From a virus: 64,000 nucleotides of DNA. The stretch lies in the IMG/VR virus record IMGVR_UViG_3300041809_000308, positions 1-64,000 of that record. One strand, given 5' to 3'. Shown piece after piece: positions 32,001 through 39,091 of the stretch. A model generated the notes under the pieces. It did no database searches. It saw nothing but the letters and a program-made list of their open reading frames with translations, and was not told the DNA's origin. The position numbers and the translations under genes are program-made. Positions within the stretch are counted from its first letter, which is position 1. Each line of letters starts with the position of its first letter.

Positions 32001-34607
32001 TGGCGTGTGCCTTACGAGGACTACACCAAGCCGACCGGCGTAGACTGTGCAAAGTGGCTCGTGTCGCATAACATGCCAGTTAAAGCGTGGCAAGTTCATT
32101 CAGCCAACCCAGTGGGCGGCGACAACATTTGGGAAGTGATGAAAGCCAAATGGCCGCGAGGAGAAGTCTTCTATAACATTCCCCATCACAACGATGAGAA
32201 GAATGTCTACGGCGACAAAGTGCGAAATGGGATGCGTGTAGCTGCTGTCAGGCGAGTATTCCATGGCACCCCAGTCGCCTTCGAAAATTATGATTCCCAT
32301 TGTGGGGTGTACTACTTTACAGACGACACTGAATATGCTGACTGGTTTGCGAACACCAGACATGGGATTCACACTGGGGTAACTCAAATCTATGACCTAG
32401 ACTTGAAGAATCCCTTCGATGCTCGTAAAGTGAAAAATCTCACCTTCCAAGAGTACGCTCAACTTCTTGGCATAGAGGAGAAAGACTTACTGTGGGAAGC
32501 CCGGTGGTATGAGACAGGTAAGAAGCGCCCGTTCTGGTACTGGTTCAACAAAATCAGAATGACCTCCAAAGAAGCCTTTCAAGCACAAGGGTACGATGGT
32601 GTGATTCAAAAAGAGCGCACGGCTGTTTATGGTGCCGAAGCGAAAGCAAATTCTTATGTGGCGTTCTCGCCGGGGCAGTTCAAGAAGACCGCAGCGGAAG
32701 AATTCAACTTGGATGATTATCTCTCCAAGGTGACTTACGAGAACGACATCTACGACGCCCATGGCAACGAAACCTACGGCACCGTCCGCTGCAAAGGACC
32801 GAACGGGCAGACAGTGGGCTACATCGACTACAGTCTTTACACAGACTACGATATACACACGGAGTCCGGTGAACCCGCTGAGGTCATTCATATCAAGATG
32901 ATTGAGACCCACCCGGAGGCTCGTCACCGGGGGATTGCAACCAAGATGCTTCAGAAGTTGAAGGCAGACTGTCCCGGCTATCTGCTGAACTGGGGGGGTC
33001 TCACACCGGCAGGTAGTGCATTTCGGGAAGAGTTTGAAAAGAATGTCACCGCAGCGATGCACTGGTACTACCATATCAGCCCAACCATAAATCGTGCTTC
33101 AATTCTTGAACACGGGCTCCGGGCTCAGATACAAGAGTTCATAGACATCAACCGTCCCGCTGGTGTTTATGTGTTCAAGACAGAGCAGAACGCCATCAAC
33201 TTTGCCCACAATACATGGTGGAATTTCTCAGGAGCCGAACGCGGTCTTGATCTTTGGAAAGTAAAAATCGAATCCACAGTGTTGAAGGTCGATGACCACC
33301 CGGAGGTTAAGGACGCTTACTACACTTCAGATAGTGTGCCGGTAGCCAATTTGAAATTGGAGTCATATTTGACTGAAGACGGTGGAGAGTTTGATCCTTC
33401 GGAAGAAGATGGACACTTGGAAGAAGATGACATCGAATATCTCGATGGGGATAAAACAGCGTCAAAGATAGCTGCACCGCGTGGCATTTACTATCACGGT
33501 TCTTCCATCAAGAATCTGCGGAGCATTCTCACGCAGGGGCTCGTACCCATGGAGAAGGGAAAGAACTGGCAAGACGATCCCGATGCTGGTTTCTACAACC
33601 CAAGCCGGGAGAGCTACGGCGGGACATACGTCACCAAGAACCTCATGACTGCCCTTGGTGCTCCACGTGACAAGGGAGAAGAGGGCCGTGAGGTTATTGT
33701 GTGCATGGAACTCCAGCCCAACACCTTCTACTTGGACGAGGACGACATCAACTTCTACATCTCGAAACCACTCTCGGGAAATCTAAACGACAGTAGCTAC
33801 TACATCGGTCTCTACTACCTTGCCAACACGCTTCCTGATGCGGATCAAACTTTCAAGGAGAGCATCGCAGAGATGCGAGATGGCTTCGTGAAGAGAACCA
33901 TCAAGTCCATCGAATTCAAGATGAACAACTACAGCGAGGAGGGCAAACCTCTCCACGAAGGACTGAAAGCACAACTCGCCAAGCTTTTACATGGTGAAGT
34001 GTGGGACGCCTCTCTCAATCGCATGGCAGCACACGCTGCATCGAAGGCATCAAATTATGACAAGGCACACTGGGAGAATACAGTTCACCCACCGAAGAAG
34101 GATGCACAGGGTGAATGGATTGAAGAAGAGAGAGCTACGTTCCCATCGGTCGCCGAAGCTGAGGCTCAGTTCAAAACAGCATCAGAGAAAGTCACCCGCA
34201 CCTTGCGTACTCTCGCAACTCGCGGAAACACTACCAATGCTCGTATCCCAACCCCTATCGGATACAGTGGCTCGAATCATATCACGGCTGTAGCAGAAGT
34301 TCGAGATGGCACGAAGTACCGCGAAACTGAGGCTGGTGGGTTTGCTAAGCCATCCCATATCATCGTTCATTATGGCACGCTGCCGCAGAACTTCCTTGAC
34401 CAATACAAGGAACGAGTGGGTGACAGGTTCGTGGTGACTAAGCCGGGGGAGGAGCCGCCCCCAATGCCGGAGGAGCCTGACAAGGCACCAGAGATGCCTG
34501 ACCCCAACAACATGGAATTCGCTGGTGGCGTTCCTGAGGGCTGGAAGCTATCTACCAAAAAGGAAACCCCGCCACTGGCGGGGTCCAGTGAAGCACTGTT
34601 ACCTTAA
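23046..34607 (+). CDS. giant polyvalent protein C (3853 aa, ~26 modules: ~10 ART-like incl. ART-PolyVal, 3 GNAT, 2 ParB/Srx, 2 papain-like, alpha/beta hydrolase, PUA/EVE-like, cyclic-phosphate receiver)
   Basis: FLRWFGKSKVV..NGQPLVVYHGT...GFYFT...GFDGII...NPSQIKSA.GNVGKF (ART-PolyVal); DGAHRL and DGNHRV (ParB); GHSRG; LYLDD.R...ISFDHD...HSANPVG; RRQGLAT, RHRGIAT, GTGLGQ (GNAT). 15 KTA tripeptides. Confidence 0.87.
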   Translation: MMEHPDYYMEEGCGIYALAVASKYPNAEIYIISRNHGEEWSRSIPYEITHVFCRVPGEGDFDVRGKRTPDQMAADFDTANDYSIKGPWSPQEFYAKFMGNSDNKPLFGTKKDIKEVMTKIAAAPSWIPTFKQLLNEYGGDITKDDKASYDYYVPILSKLKFPLTIYRQIYVNSLDDIKLRGKGKKPGLGRFWADKESLACSHNADEDSGDIEVLLRAVVQPTDIDWLDTFYARIVYGEDEAEISIAPGTPLNVTGMRVNKSKWQVPPPGVKTAASTPVPPDKLSVEIVRVGDVCNVNDYNGYACISKKASGVKVRAYHGTTKNFDVFDTPAMFHVRRKYCEDLIAGQPDGHVVEAILTFKNPADLDTLHMSPSDPKFKEMAKSLEEQGYDGAQYKKEAWIAFYPEQIEIVRPKVAAEVAVQEPEISTPEEDDYAIERQTYGLPKDWKPAKPPEVKRDEPATETQVPKSAPPPVEHKQKVPRQRKQKMPTYTPPTENKAFLRWFGKSKVVGSNGQPLVVYHGTTHDFDVFNTEYGNPENHYGVGFYFTSSRDDTKNYAGVGPDLTSRIDHEAENLVNEWRRWRHGEIDYGVEPPDWVIGGWAEMSDDEKREAFQDMDWSAQLAIAKAEVKKKLVGEHGGAVMPCYLRIVKPVIVAPHGGTYFTLGYTRDGDYKGKLFDAVVRTLTYQFWGDTFGEDAHDGLNAYDFEQKLRKSEAMMDEDIMNEGGPGPVITEIYKNMGFDGIIMENPAQEFRNMGIESGTKHYIVWNPSQIKSALGNVGKFNKKNPSIVASGEEDFHEYIGNCTDDAVVESVFGDATLFAQALEKATPIDDTTMQSDEYGVLIKYDPETDIHSFYKTAAKRIKTVEEIEHLTEDEKELCKKTRPASDKTAMPNYDYSHYTDRETAIKTLNFEYQKYGANVVFSAENPADDRYQPGYLEANIVDDYIVVSDVFIGTSWTGTGLGQMLYDYAISESKKMGLSYFVSYPIQSMSADGKKAWGRIARRYTVTTVPTDTVHVPSEAKGTAYSTDDSVEGRFQIDLKTVLPKTAAVSPEVSQWFRKMVELKKQFHEDSMLPLREAEAQALRELGATASPEAVAQRIHELIGGRGDIQDRMYDNPPEINNEYEVQQFGKPLSELQRDAEFEDWARKKGIEIPEFPKTAAKKNKPTAVVIMGDSNLIEDNKRAESFYEELGAFLEKLGFEVSFDEGEPYTEPEPADLWIGHSRGADRLRFAPKGTAVIGINVPQSDEEVDYPIINNPDDAMSKRKFDHGKLVRSSWTDAHYTLTDEMKEELVKVISEDGLIKTAKSRYVGPYAFYIEIPSAARDHFWNEPPEHNMEFWAFRNTPRVLKGERIIFTMDKKPVAEAVCAYVEKPGQSKCELTGKYEKHWKVYWEPKNFKKYKTKTAAEPESVPWQTVWKHIEKNNPHEGPRDAFLGIPITGKGATWVKETIQPDDPRIDRNETSAYSLYPASKRDVKKYMKMYQQGSPFPRIVLGVRSNNKFVIYDGAHRLQAAVNLGVPIDAYVGYPEENALTQRQSSLRNPLLAKKLPSLNELKRKFVWKPNPSYFELEGGFDSWYLLPDGSYLSSRFKDSGHHMHHGQLAAYALGMNPEDFDDAYIKEDTWDNIREFSRKFKAIRINVTGDSVNVDALFPPTPAQMRELARLSAGNKKVYWADDSPITSEWLGKGTFPDFQRWLDSRFAPSTKTAAEYENAYQQDRNEYAGEWKETETEDESRTRYRRKNEWEQSLLAALSLGKMNPDDADTRKYLATSIGSRFADAFKPLPQVLYHVTTAKSKVQNGGLQSRFELSMQNGLGLGGGDNKSISFTEDLDIAKGIYSAMIEAKRVAAGEFTVQQMMDIAAKGEGADRPWITEFVRWAGAYRSHNEWSPGQPLPEDMQAILEGKKVQSVGFVAPMSESKLKETGYEPIGEGWQGRDEHFWSAFKRPMTPKEKQDVEFDQYKVFCYARENAGGALNPLFFSTDVEGLAKVPEAEIAILKFKPVLGAMGTQESALGEWRTYSGQAVQLVGDVSKTASVYDTYTPDDEDDHPLFDKLISLKPAFVECVQKLYNKWRPTKTKSGGLCDDVAAAFSDIILTHIAIDDMDTELGGYTEHAWIVAYTKSESYVVDVPFWKYEFGSGGNWKKLPNVQFTENDIIIFPTDELMVKTAAANPLVMYHGTSEPFTKVDMSKGAQGVFWLTSDPNSLKSGERGASSTKVILRCLVIIKNPAGWEEYEKKSIGELKRDGFDGVILPDPDGSFDAIVFKPSQVKIVGEEKIASGSVEVSPEGRFKNFTLSLEERTLANKPTVTISAYTMGEEIYVGHVTFVKRDDGKLEPVNLEVSYNYRRQGLATAMYMFAEQKTGCKIAPAVEQTSNGRRLWNQLNRPFGNKKEAKQLKDIEGNRDLFSTIVKEQGLTVETDPKGIRSAVLRQPLILHHATPKKNLLEIEKNGLQPRSDDGCYPIGRKLFLGLEDTCSQYLGGLENIKNSVVLEVTLPTGTRIYDNDFEADEVFIQTAIPPTGIRKTAARGEAWRGHADQSESEESKRAWYLEMLRKLISEAKNTLRDEADPLEQKRLTEAIKTYETLRENMGTQGILSPFKSALLKSAADLWHGGRIYGPIQIQAPTKGRYEAGPGLYLTTSYSRASSYAKGGGSTFLVSLKDGLNFANKVEIPLNEGAEFATRYLGKGKLIAKDLKANCERMKKNTFTADILINLTVNYEAGSGKRGMYLLNFLVEHGVDAAIEEQGNGEQWVVVFNPKVVTKVRKIPAAEVTPEMWHLPKIAAMTPEQMLQSAKFWESACFSHGEPGRVPAESLNWREETFDLNKLKGWAQGDWDWLYEDERERDIENFETLEGAEKFVKEMCEAIKDGTIEEIVVAQGTDKNFYVWDGNHRVGIAHVIGVNTLPALVGYQKPKKTASKKKLSILYLDDCRVPDDPEVIHVHNYQEFVQYLSTHEMPDLISFDHDIDLEHAPTEEQAQKRDDEWRVPYEDYTKPTGVDCAKWLVSHNMPVKAWQVHSANPVGGDNIWEVMKAKWPRGEVFYNIPHHNDEKNVYGDKVRNGMRVAAVRRVFHGTPVAFENYDSHCGVYYFTDDTEYADWFANTRHGIHTGVTQIYDLDLKNPFDARKVKNLTFQEYAQLLGIEEKDLLWEARWYETGKKRPFWYWFNKIRMTSKEAFQAQGYDGVIQKERTAVYGAEAKANSYVAFSPGQFKKTAAEEFNLDDYLSKVTYENDIYDAHGNETYGTVRCKGPNGQTVGYIDYSLYTDYDIHTESGEPAEVIHIKMIETHPEARHRGIATKMLQKLKADCPGYLLNWGGLTPAGSAFREEFEKNVTAAMHWYYHISPTINRASILEHGLRAQIQEFIDINRPAGVYVFKTEQNAINFAHNTWWNFSGAERGLDLWKVKIESTVLKVDDHPEVKDAYYTSDSVPVANLKLESYLTEDGGEFDPSEEDGHLEEDDIEYLDGDKTASKIAAPRGIYYHGSSIKNLRSILTQGLVPMEKGKNWQDDPDAGFYNPSRESYGGTYVTKNLMTALGAPRDKGEEGREVIVCMELQPNTFYLDEDDINFYISKPLSGNLNDSSYYIGLYYLANTLPDADQTFKESIAEMRDGFVKRTIKSIEFKMNNYSEEGKPLHEGLKAQLAKLLHGEVWDASLNRMAAHAASKASNYDKAHWENTVHPPKKDAQGEWIEEERATFPSVAEAEAQFKTASEKVTRTLRTLATRGNTTNARIPTPIGYSGSNHITAVAEVRDGTKYRETEAGGFAKPSHIIVHYGTLPQNFLDQYKERVGDRFVVTKPGEEPPPMPEEPDKAPEMPDPNNMEFAGGVPEGWKLSTKKETPPLAGSSEALLP

Positions 34608-35615
34608 CTACTTTCCAGCCGTAGCAGCCTTCGCGTTGCCCTTGGCAGCGGGAGCCGGTGCGGGAACAGAAAGAACGGAGTTGCCATGCTCGATCCGCGA
34701 AACCTGAGTGTTGGCCCGCATCAACGCGCCTGTCCACAAGGACACAAGGGCTTGGGCTTCATTCAAGTGATGCTGCGTGATTTCGAGGAATGCTTTGGAC
34801 GACAGAAGCGTCTTGTTCGGAAAGTCCGAGGTCGCCAATTGCCCGGTCGCCGACAGCGTGTACCACAGGAAGTTGCTGTCCGCCCACTTCTTGCTGTTGG
34901 GTGAAAGCTTCTGCTTGCTCTTCAAGGCGTTGAAAGCCGCAGAACGCGCCCCGCGACGAGTGGGGTCGGTGAGGTCCTTGATGTACTTGGCAGGAAGACC
35001 AACACGTTCGATAATACGAGCGGCGTTCACCGGCTTCTTCGCAGCTTCGAGTGCCTTCTTTTCAGCACGAGCCGAGGCGAGTGCCTTCTGCGTCCAGATA
35101 CCCTTCGCCTTCGCGTAAAGCTTATCGACACGCCACCGTGCCAACATTGGCATCGCCTTGGCAACTTCGTCCTTGGTGTACCCCTCATCCACAAGATGCT
35201 GAACGTTCCAGAGCAGGTCAGCTTCCTTGAGACCACGCTGGCGAGTCTTGAGAATGTCCTTGGAGACGGCGTAGGGACGGACTACGAGTTCGCGAGTGTC
35301 GGCGTCCAACTTCTCGAAGCTAGGAATATCGTCGTAAACTTCAACAGGGATTTTGGGGTCGTCTTCGCCGAGAAGAATTCTCAAAGCGAGTGCAGCGTTG
35401 CGACCAACGATGATGACGTAATCGCCCGTGACTTCGATGGGGAACTTGAGCAGTGCCCCGAGTGCTTCGTCGGCGTTCTTGTATGAAGGAATGAGTTCCT
35501 TCGTTACGAAGTCGGGGTCCTGTGCTCCCTCGGCTCGGGTGTCCATCTTGTGTTGCAACTGTGAGTACAACACTTCCGCTTTTGTGCGCGAACTGAAATC
35601 AATCACTTTGCTCAA
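34608..35615 (-). CDS. degenerate ParB-N-like + HTH protein (probable early gene)
   Basis: PIEVTGDYVIIVGRNAALALRILLG...IPVEV resembles ParB-N but lacks DGxHR; GYTKDEVAKAM is HTH-like; GAGGAG RBS; own promoter. Confidence 0.55.
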   Translation of the reverse strand: MSKVIDFSSRTKAEVLYSQLQHKMDTRAEGAQDPDFVTKELIPSYKNADEALGALLKFPIEVTGDYVIIVGRNAALALRILLGEDDPKIPVEVYDDIPSFEKLDADTRELVVRPYAVSKDILKTRQRGLKEADLLWNVQHLVDEGYTKDEVAKAMPMLARWRVDKLYAKAKGIWTQKALASARAEKKALEAAKKPVNAARIIERVGLPAKYIKDLTDPTRRGARSAAFNALKSKQKLSPNSKKWADSNFLWYTLSATGQLATSDFPNKTLLSSKAFLEITQHHLNEAQALVSLWTGALMRANTQVSRIEHGNSVLSVPAPAPAAKGNAKAATAGK

Positions 35616-35703
35616 GATGCTCTCCTCTCAAATTGCAGCCGCCGTCGTTTGGACCTCAACGGGTGGTTCCGTCTCTTATTCCTTGGAGAGCGGCTACGAC
35701 TGA

Positions 35704-35760
35704 AGTATACCAGAGCAAACTCAATTCTGGCTACTTGTGAGAAAATTATTTTTGATTCAG
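35704..35760 (-). promoter_or_regulatory. sigma70-like early promoter TAGCCA-N18-TATACT with upstream A-tract
   Basis: -35 at 35728-35733, -10 at 35704-35709 on the - strand; identical hexamers and spacing recur at 40980-41009. Confidence 0.65.
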
Positions 35761-35785
35761 AAATTGATCCTTTATTTTCAATACG

Positions 35786-36547
35786 TTACACCAGTTGTGT
35801 CAGGCCCTCATCGAAAAACTTCCACTGCATTGGAGGAAGGGACTCTCGAATTTTATCCGGGTTCTGGTAGCGAGTCAAGGTGAATCCCAGTTTCACCAGT
35901 GACCAGAACAATTGAATGCGGCTAATCAGTCCGGGACGTTCTTTCTGAAGTTCTGCAAAAACAGGGGGGATGTCGTCAGTGGGTACAAAACGGATGGCGG
36001 CTTCAAGCGACCACTTGTCCCCGGAGGCGATGTTGAACAACCCTGTTTCTGGAGCAATGGTGTCCCCCGTCAATTCGCGATATTGCTCAACAGCTACATC
36101 ACGGTATTTCAATGGGGCTTCAAGAGAAAGATGAACCTTGCCCGGTCCTACAAGATAGCCGAGAAACTTTGCCACGGTGCCTTCATCGTCAAATTCAATC
36201 GGGTCGATACTCAGGTAGTATGGACGGAGAGCCTTCTGCTCTTCTCGAATGTTCTTTTCCTTGGCGGCGTCAACTTCATTGACATCTTGTACGGTGTCAA
36301 AAGGAACGGTCCACGACCGTCCGTTCTTGCCTTTGATTGTCGCCGTATCGCCTACTAGGTCTACCAGTATACCACGCACCATCATGCCATTGGACAACCG
36401 ACCCCGGACCTCTATGTCCTCATCCTGCGCTTCTGCGAACTTAACTCTAATGGTCTCCCTGTGAGCGACCTTGAGTAGGTCCTTGTAGACATCCCCGCTT
36501 TCGAGCATAAACTCCCCCTGATATAGAAGAAAAAGCACTTTACTCAT
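35786..36547 (-). CDS. hypothetical protein (~240-253 aa)
   Basis: Long ORF; alternative start ATG (MLESG) after a GGGGAG RBS. Confidence 0.7.
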   Translation of the reverse strand: MSKVLFLLYQGEFMLESGDVYKDLLKVAHRETIRVKFAEAQDEDIEVRGRLSNGMMVRGILVDLVGDTATIKGKNGRSWTVPFDTVQDVNEVDAAKEKNIREEQKALRPYYLSIDPIEFDDEGTVAKFLGYLVGPGKVHLSLEAPLKYRDVAVEQYRELTGDTIAPETGLFNIASGDKWSLEAAIRFVPTDDIPPVFAELQKERPGLISRIQLFWSLVKLGFTLTRYQNPDKIRESLPPMQWKFFDEGLTQLV

Positions 36548-36729
36548 TCGTTGATTGATGGTACACTGGTAAATACTGAGAAAATGAAGGGGAACTCACA
36601 TGCAGCGACAAAGATTGAAAGTAGGGGATGTCAGAGTAGTGAACATCAATGGACGACCTGTCACGCTGGTCATCGGTCGGAAGTACGAGTTCAAGTTGAA
36701 GCCGGGGTGTCATCCACAACCCCCTACAG

Positions 36730-37779
36730 CTAGTTCTCCGCGCTTGCAAGTACCCGGCACACCGTACGACGGCTGAGGTTGAAGTACCGGGCAATGTCGC
36801 TCCGTGTTATACCCCTCTGAGCCCGAGCATAGGCTATGATGGTGGCATAATCTGCCTTACGTTTCTTTTCTCGTTCAGTGGGGTCTTCAAAGCGATGAAG
36901 CTGTGCTTGTCGTATCTTTTCTCTAGTTTCTGCGGAGTGGGTCTTCCCAATATGCGCTTGCCGGTTTTTCTCCAAGGTCTCAGGAACTAGACTCGCCTGA
37001 CGTATCTTTTCACGCTCCGCAGGGTCTTCATAGTGACAAAGCAAAGCCTGTCGTATCTTCTCTCTATGTTCAGGAGATAAAGGTCTCCCTAGCTTGGCCT
37101 GTCGTATTTTTTCTCGACACTCAGAAGAGTGAGGTTTTCGGGAACTCCCTAAGTTCGCTTGTCGTATCTTCTCTCTATGTTCAGGAGATAGGGGTTTTCC
37201 TAACTTAGCTTTTCGTATGTTTTCTCTAGCTGCGGGAGAGCGAGTTTTACCCAAACAAGCCTGACTTGTCTTTTCTCGTTCCGCAGAAATTGCATAACGA
37301 CGACCAGCGGCTTGACTTGCTTTTTCTCGCGCCATTGGATTTTCAAAATAATGAATAGTGGCTTGTCGATTTCTCTCCCGCACCGAGGGGTCTTCAAAGT
37401 AGCGACGTAAGGATTTGCTTATCTTTTCACGGGATTCAGGTGTAGGAACTCCCCCCTCTCCTCCTTCTGTCATGTTGTAGCCGTTACTCAGGGTACTGTA
37501 GAACTGGATGCAGAATTTCTCCACGTCATCGAGTAAATCTTCAGCTTCAGCTTTCACAGTCGCTATCGTCTTTACTTCAAAAGCATCCCGCCCGTATTTT
37601 CGGATAGCTCTATGAATTGCGTACTCACTCGCCCGTTTAGCGTCTGCTAGATGATGATTCCACCGATGTTTCACGGTTTTAATGGTCTTTCCCACATACT
37701 GTTTTCCGTTAATTTTGTTTGTAACCAAGTAGATATACCCGACCATATCCGTTACTCCGTGTTCAATTTTTTTCCCCAT
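36730..37779 (-). mobile_element. GIY-YIG homing endonuclease with many NUMOD3 repeats and C-terminal HTH
   Basis: GYIYLVTNKINGKQYVGKT, GYNMTEGGEG, about 9 xExREKIRQA-type repeats, terminal ITRSDIARYFNLSRRTV HTH. Confidence 0.9.
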
Positions 37780-38348
37780 CTTGTTTTCTTCATGAAAGTC
37801 ACAGATGTGATTTCATGTCCGTTGGGTCGGTTAGTTCTCTTCCCTTGCGGAGTTCCACCACAATCCCGCTTCTCTAATTTCCATCCCGCCGCTTTGAGAC
37901 TGGTTCCGGGTTCGGTCTCCAAAATGTACGTTTGAATTTTGCGGTAGCCAAGTGCCTTGGCGGCCTTAGCACTCGCTCCGTACAAAAAGCTGCAAGCGTT
38001 GTCAGTACCATTCGTAGCCAGTCGGCACACTTCAATCGTCTTCCCATCATCGAGAGCCCTGCACGCGGGTCGCATACATATCGCTACACCCACTAACTCT
38101 CCGTTCTTCTCACACCCAATGCTGAACTTGGCAACCCGAATTGGTTTATGGTGACGGTGCCACCGTTCGACCGCTGCATTACTCTGCCAAAGATGAAGGG
38201 GCACCACCTTCAACTTCCCGGCTTGCCTGAGGGCTCGGGCAGCTTTCATTTTCTGCCGACGACGATACGCTCGTTGAGCAGCGGCGTGGTCCTTGTGAAT
38301 CTTGGGACGCCCAACCTTGCGTTCGGGTGATTTAATTGGTTTCGTCAC
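37752..38348 (-). CDS. XF1762-family protein (Mom-like GNAT fold, putative DNA-modification enzyme)
   Basis: WHRHHKP, FSIG...LVGVAI.MRP.CRALDDG.TIEVCRLATNGT.NACSFLYGA...A.ALGYRKI.TYIL..EPGTSLKAAGW is the XF1762 signature. Confidence 0.8.
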   Translation of the reverse strand: MTKPIKSPERKVGRPKIHKDHAAAQRAYRRRQKMKAARALRQAGKLKVVPLHLWQSNAAVERWHRHHKPIRVAKFSIGCEKNGELVGVAICMRPACRALDDGKTIEVCRLATNGTDNACSFLYGASAKAAKALGYRKIQTYILETEPGTSLKAAGWKLEKRDCGGTPQGKRTNRPNGHEITSVTFMKKTRWGKKLNTE

Positions 38349-38356
38349 TCTGGTTC

Positions 38357-38429
38357 TGGAGCGAGGGGGAGGATTCGATACTCCATTCTCTGTGGGGGTA
38401 CCATAGAGTCTTACTTAGATGACCCTCGC
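38357..38429 (-). tRNA. non-canonical tRNA-Gly-like gene (anticodon ACC by position), CCA encoded
   Basis: GCGAGGG/CCCTCGC 7-bp acceptor with Gly identity G1-C72, C2-G71, G3-C70, U73 and CCA. D-loop lacks GG; T-loop is ATCGAAT; anticodon stem CTATG/CACAG around loop GTACCCC. Confidence 0.7.
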
Positions 38430-38443
38430 ATGAAGTCTAATAC

Positions 38444-39091
38444 TCAATCTCTCTGGTTGAAAGGCCAACGCCAACGAATCTCATCCGACAGGGTTTTCAA
38501 ATAATCCCCGTATAGCACTCGTTTGGAGTTTTGCAGTTCTTTTTTATGCGGTAGGCTCTTCTCAATCTCTGGCATAACATCCCTCGCCAGCACGGCTGCA
38601 CGGATGACTCCACCGCCATTATCCTCAGAAACTGTAACAGGAACAATGAGTACATCCTGATGCTCCAATTTGAACAATTCATCCGTGTGCGACTGACTCT
38701 GGTTCCCACCCCGGTCTGCGTAACCAAAGAGGAAGGAGGCGGTGAACACCCTTTGCATTTCAAGAGTCTGTGACTTAACCGCGATTTGTAAAGTCCCACA
38801 GCTTCCTGATGGGAAAAACAAATCAGGCTTCCAAGATTTCTCTCCCTTTTTGTAGGTCTTGGTGTCGGGCTCCTCTAATATAAACCCACGGGAGCGTAGA
38901 TACCGATAAACAAGGAACTCGCCCATCTTACCCTCACGGGTTTGATGAAATATACGGAAGCGGTCTGACTGTCCACGTTCTTCGTAGTAATCTATTGAGG
39001 TCTGATAAGACTCCTCGGCGAAAGCACGACATCTCTCAATATCGCCGAGTTCAAACTTGATACGTATGTCATCCATCGCTCTTGTCTCCAA
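38444..39091 (-). CDS. putative PD-(D/E)XK nuclease-fold protein
   Basis: GKMGEFLV...PD...KPDL...IAVKSQ arrangement resembles the E...PD...(D/E)xK motif, but the acidic residue before K is replaced by A. Confidence 0.5.
   Translation of the reverse strand: METRAMDDIRIKFELGDIERCRAFAEESYQTSIDYYEERGQSDRFRIFHQTREGKMGEFLVYRYLRSRGFILEEPDTKTYKKGEKSWKPDLFFPSGSCGTLQIAVKSQTLEMQRVFTASFLFGYADRGGNQSQSHTDELFKLEHQDVLIVPVTVSEDNGGGVIRAAVLARDVMPEIEKSLPHKKELQNSKRVLYGDYLKTLSDEIRWRWPFNQRD

Noticed and set aside
9419-34607. KTA linkers as a DNA-level repeat or recombination site (integron attC or shufflon-like)
   Set aside because: The underlying codons vary (AAA/AAG, ACN, GCN) with no flanking nucleotide conservation or palindromes; the conservation is at protein level.
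11148-34607. Inteins as the explanation for the giant ORFs
   Set aside because: No C/S...HN-C/S/T splice-junction patterns or LAGLIDADG blocks were seen at module borders.
37049-37190. Exact 31-nt direct repeat (37049-37079 and 37160-37190) and related copies, superficially CRISPR-like
   Set aside because: These are in-frame NUMOD3 peptide repeats (LSPEHREKIRQA) within the GIY-YIG gene; there are no unique spacers of constant length and no cas genes.
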